Below, piece by piece: positions 32,086 to 33,683 of a stretch of DNA of 33,683 bases. The stretch's first letter is position 1, and each line of letters begins with the position of its first letter. Where the stretch lies: positions 1 to 33,683 of the forward strand of contig JBKHIT010000057.1 of the NCBI GenBank assembly GCA_046538485.1. The letters run 5' to 3'. The notes beneath the pieces were generated by a model that did not search any database, was not told the DNA's origin, and was given only the letters and a program-made list of their open reading frames with translations. Source of the DNA: Candidatus Brocadiia bacterium. GTDB lineage: Bacteria > Planctomycetota > Brocadiia > SM23-32. Made by a program: the position numbers and the translations under genes.

Positions 32086-33204
32086 TCACATACCAAACAT
32101 TTCTTCCTTCAAATCGAGGTAAAACAGATAATCATGCGGATCCACATTTGGGGGGCATCGGTGATCGCAGTGTGGGATAAATCCGCCGCGTTCCACGTAT
32201 GGAGCAAGCGATTCCAGATATTCCTTGATAGCATCTTTACCGGCCGCTAACTTCGTCTTATCAACACCGCCCATGATGCGCAGATCTTTACCATATTTAT
32301 CCAACGATTTGCCGGGATGACCGCATCCATTCACCTCCCACGGAAACATCGTATTCAAACCCGCCTCCATGAATCCGGGGATCATCGCACGCATGTCCCC
32401 ATCAGAATCTGTGTACCAGATGTCGACGCCATGCTCGTTTAGCTTCCGGCCTATCCGTTTGTATCGGGGCACGATAACGTTCTCAAAGAAATCCATCGAG
32501 ATAAGCGGGCCGTTATTGCAGGAAATATCCTCCCATCCGGATGCAAAATCGAAATCACAATGCGGAAGCAATTGATCAAGGGATTTTTCTACCAACAGGC
32601 AGCACGTCTCGACCATATCCTCAACCATGTCCGGATAATCGAAGACGGCATAGCACAGTCCCTCCAGAGTCAGCAGGTTCCTGATCCTGCCGATCATGGA
32701 TCCGCAACTGATCCCGAGCGGATAGTCGCGCTCCGGCGGGTGCGCTTCTTTCAAACGGGCGACATCGATGTCGCGCTCCGGGGCGTCGATTCGGAAGTGT
32801 TTAGCCTTGATTTCTGCCCAATCGGACGGATCCTCGATCTTCGAACCGGTGAAATGCGGGATAGTGCTGTGATCGTCCTTCGGCACTTCAGCCGTCAGTC
32901 CCTCCGCATTCTGAATGATTTTAACCCCCTCGGTCTCTTCAATAACCTTGTTCTCGAATCCCGGATACATCCAGGTGTTGCCACCGATCGAAACCATAGT
33001 ATCGAAACTCAGAGCCCGATTCGCCTCGCCGTTATTCGTTATCCCATTCTCGACGAACATCGGCCACTGATGAAAATTCTCCTCCCAGAAACCGAATTCC
33101 CGATTAAAACAACGGTCGACCGGTTCATAATGCATCTGGGCATTGAACCGCTCGCGGTCGGTCATCGTGCCTTCCCATTTGTCACGAAGTTTCGTTTCGG
33201 CCAA
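32086..33204 (-). CDS. Uroporphyrinogen decarboxylase (URO-D / MtaA-CmuA) family protein
   Basis: MTDRERF, WEDI....GPLIS, IVPRYKRI, DSDG, YGKDLRIMGGVDK, GGFIPHCDHRCPPNV; GGAGGAG RBS before TTG. Confidence 0.85.
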   Translation of the reverse strand: MAETKLRDKWEGTMTDRERFNAQMHYEPVDRCFNREFGFWEENFHQWPMFVENGITNNGEANRALSFDTMVSIGGNTWMYPGFENKVIEETEGVKIIQNAEGLTAEVPKDDHSTIPHFTGSKIEDPSDWAEIKAKHFRIDAPERDIDVARLKEAHPPERDYPLGISCGSMIGRIRNLLTLEGLCYAVFDYPDMVEDMVETCCLLVEKSLDQLLPHCDFDFASGWEDISCNNGPLISMDFFENVIVPRYKRIGRKLNEHGVDIWYTDSDGDMRAMIPGFMEAGLNTMFPWEVNGCGHPGKSLDKYGKDLRIMGGVDKTKLAAGKDAIKEYLESLAPYVERGGFIPHCDHRCPPNVDPHDYLFYLDLKEEMFGM

Positions 33205-33366
33205 TTCGGACTCCTCCCATTTTCTCTGGCGTCAGAATGCAAAAGCACCTTCTAAAGCAGCTTACCATACTCCGATCATCTGTCATGATCAAACCGAAAG
33301 AGTAATCGCCCACTGGAATTGCTTTTTCAACCGCATAGTCTTTCAGTCAGCTGGCGCGTAAACGCA

Positions 33367-33683
33367 CTATTTAATGCACAACTCGTTGGATCCGGGGGAG
33401 GCTTTCCATTGTAACGGATGGTCGGGTCTCACCTGAGAAAACCACTCATGTAACAACCCGTGATGGGACCGCCGCCGCTGCAATTCTGATGTAAGGAATT
33501 GGGCAGACCACCCTTCCAGAGCCCGCTCACGAAGCTGCCGTCGGGTCTCCGCAAAATCCGGATCGGTCCCAAGATCATACCACTCCCCCGGATCCTCCTC
33601 CAGATCGTAAAGTTGCGGTTCATACCCCTCGTAGTGAATAAATTTCCAGCGCCCACGCCTTATCATCCGTGCAGGCGGCAGAC
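33367..33683 (-). CDS. Sulfatase, C-terminal part (5' end outside the window)
   Basis: RMIRRGRWKFIHY....PQLYDLEEDPGEWYDL is a typical sulfatase C-terminal motif; the frame is open to the window edge. Confidence 0.8.
   Translation of the reverse strand, partial: LPPARMIRRGRWKFIHYEGYEPQLYDLEEDPGEWYDLGTDPDFAETRRQLRERALEGWSAQFLTSELQRRRSHHGLLHEWFSQVRPDHPLQWKASPGSNELCIK

Noticed and set aside
30876..32180. 434-aa + strand ORF
   Set aside because: Antisense shadow of the Gfo/Idh/MocA gene; no motifs
32086..33204. hemE gene symbol
   Set aside because: Lacks the HemE MRQAGR signature and haem-pathway context
1..33683. CRISPR array, rRNA, tRNA, prophage or defence genes
   Set aside because: No regularly spaced repeats, cloverleaf or rRNA signatures, or recognisable phage/defence motifs were seen by eye

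Overview
A 33.7 kb stretch of bacterial chromosome, densely coding on both strands with about 30 CDSs. The gene content (zinc-ribbon STAS, FHA proteins with a Hanks kinase, an exported prenyltransferase-repeat protein, a YdjY-like protein, URO-D-family and sulfatase genes) suggests a PVC/Planctomycetota-like heterotroph; this is inference. Housekeeping genes are mtnP, nadC, guaA, corA, pgmB, an L-rhamnose isomerase, a DAGK-family kinase and a PHP phosphatase. Accessory modules are: (1) an mtnP-STAS-hypothetical-PqqD/RRE-MacB-type ABC operon; (2) a Ser/Thr kinase-FHA-FHA-AsmA-like cluster; (3) an 867-bp internally deleted IS (16647-17513) with recognisable terminal inverted repeats and a 7-bp target duplication; (4) a fused ABC exporter plus DUF1854 pair, in which the exporter carries three tandem repeats resembling the E3-binding (peripheral subunit-binding) domain in its first loop, the most unusual feature seen; (5) a sulfatase/URO-D-like/Gfo-Idh-MocA/sugar isomerase catabolic run. 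No rRNA, tRNA or CRISPR array was recognised. All calls come from manual motif recognition; no database searches were run.
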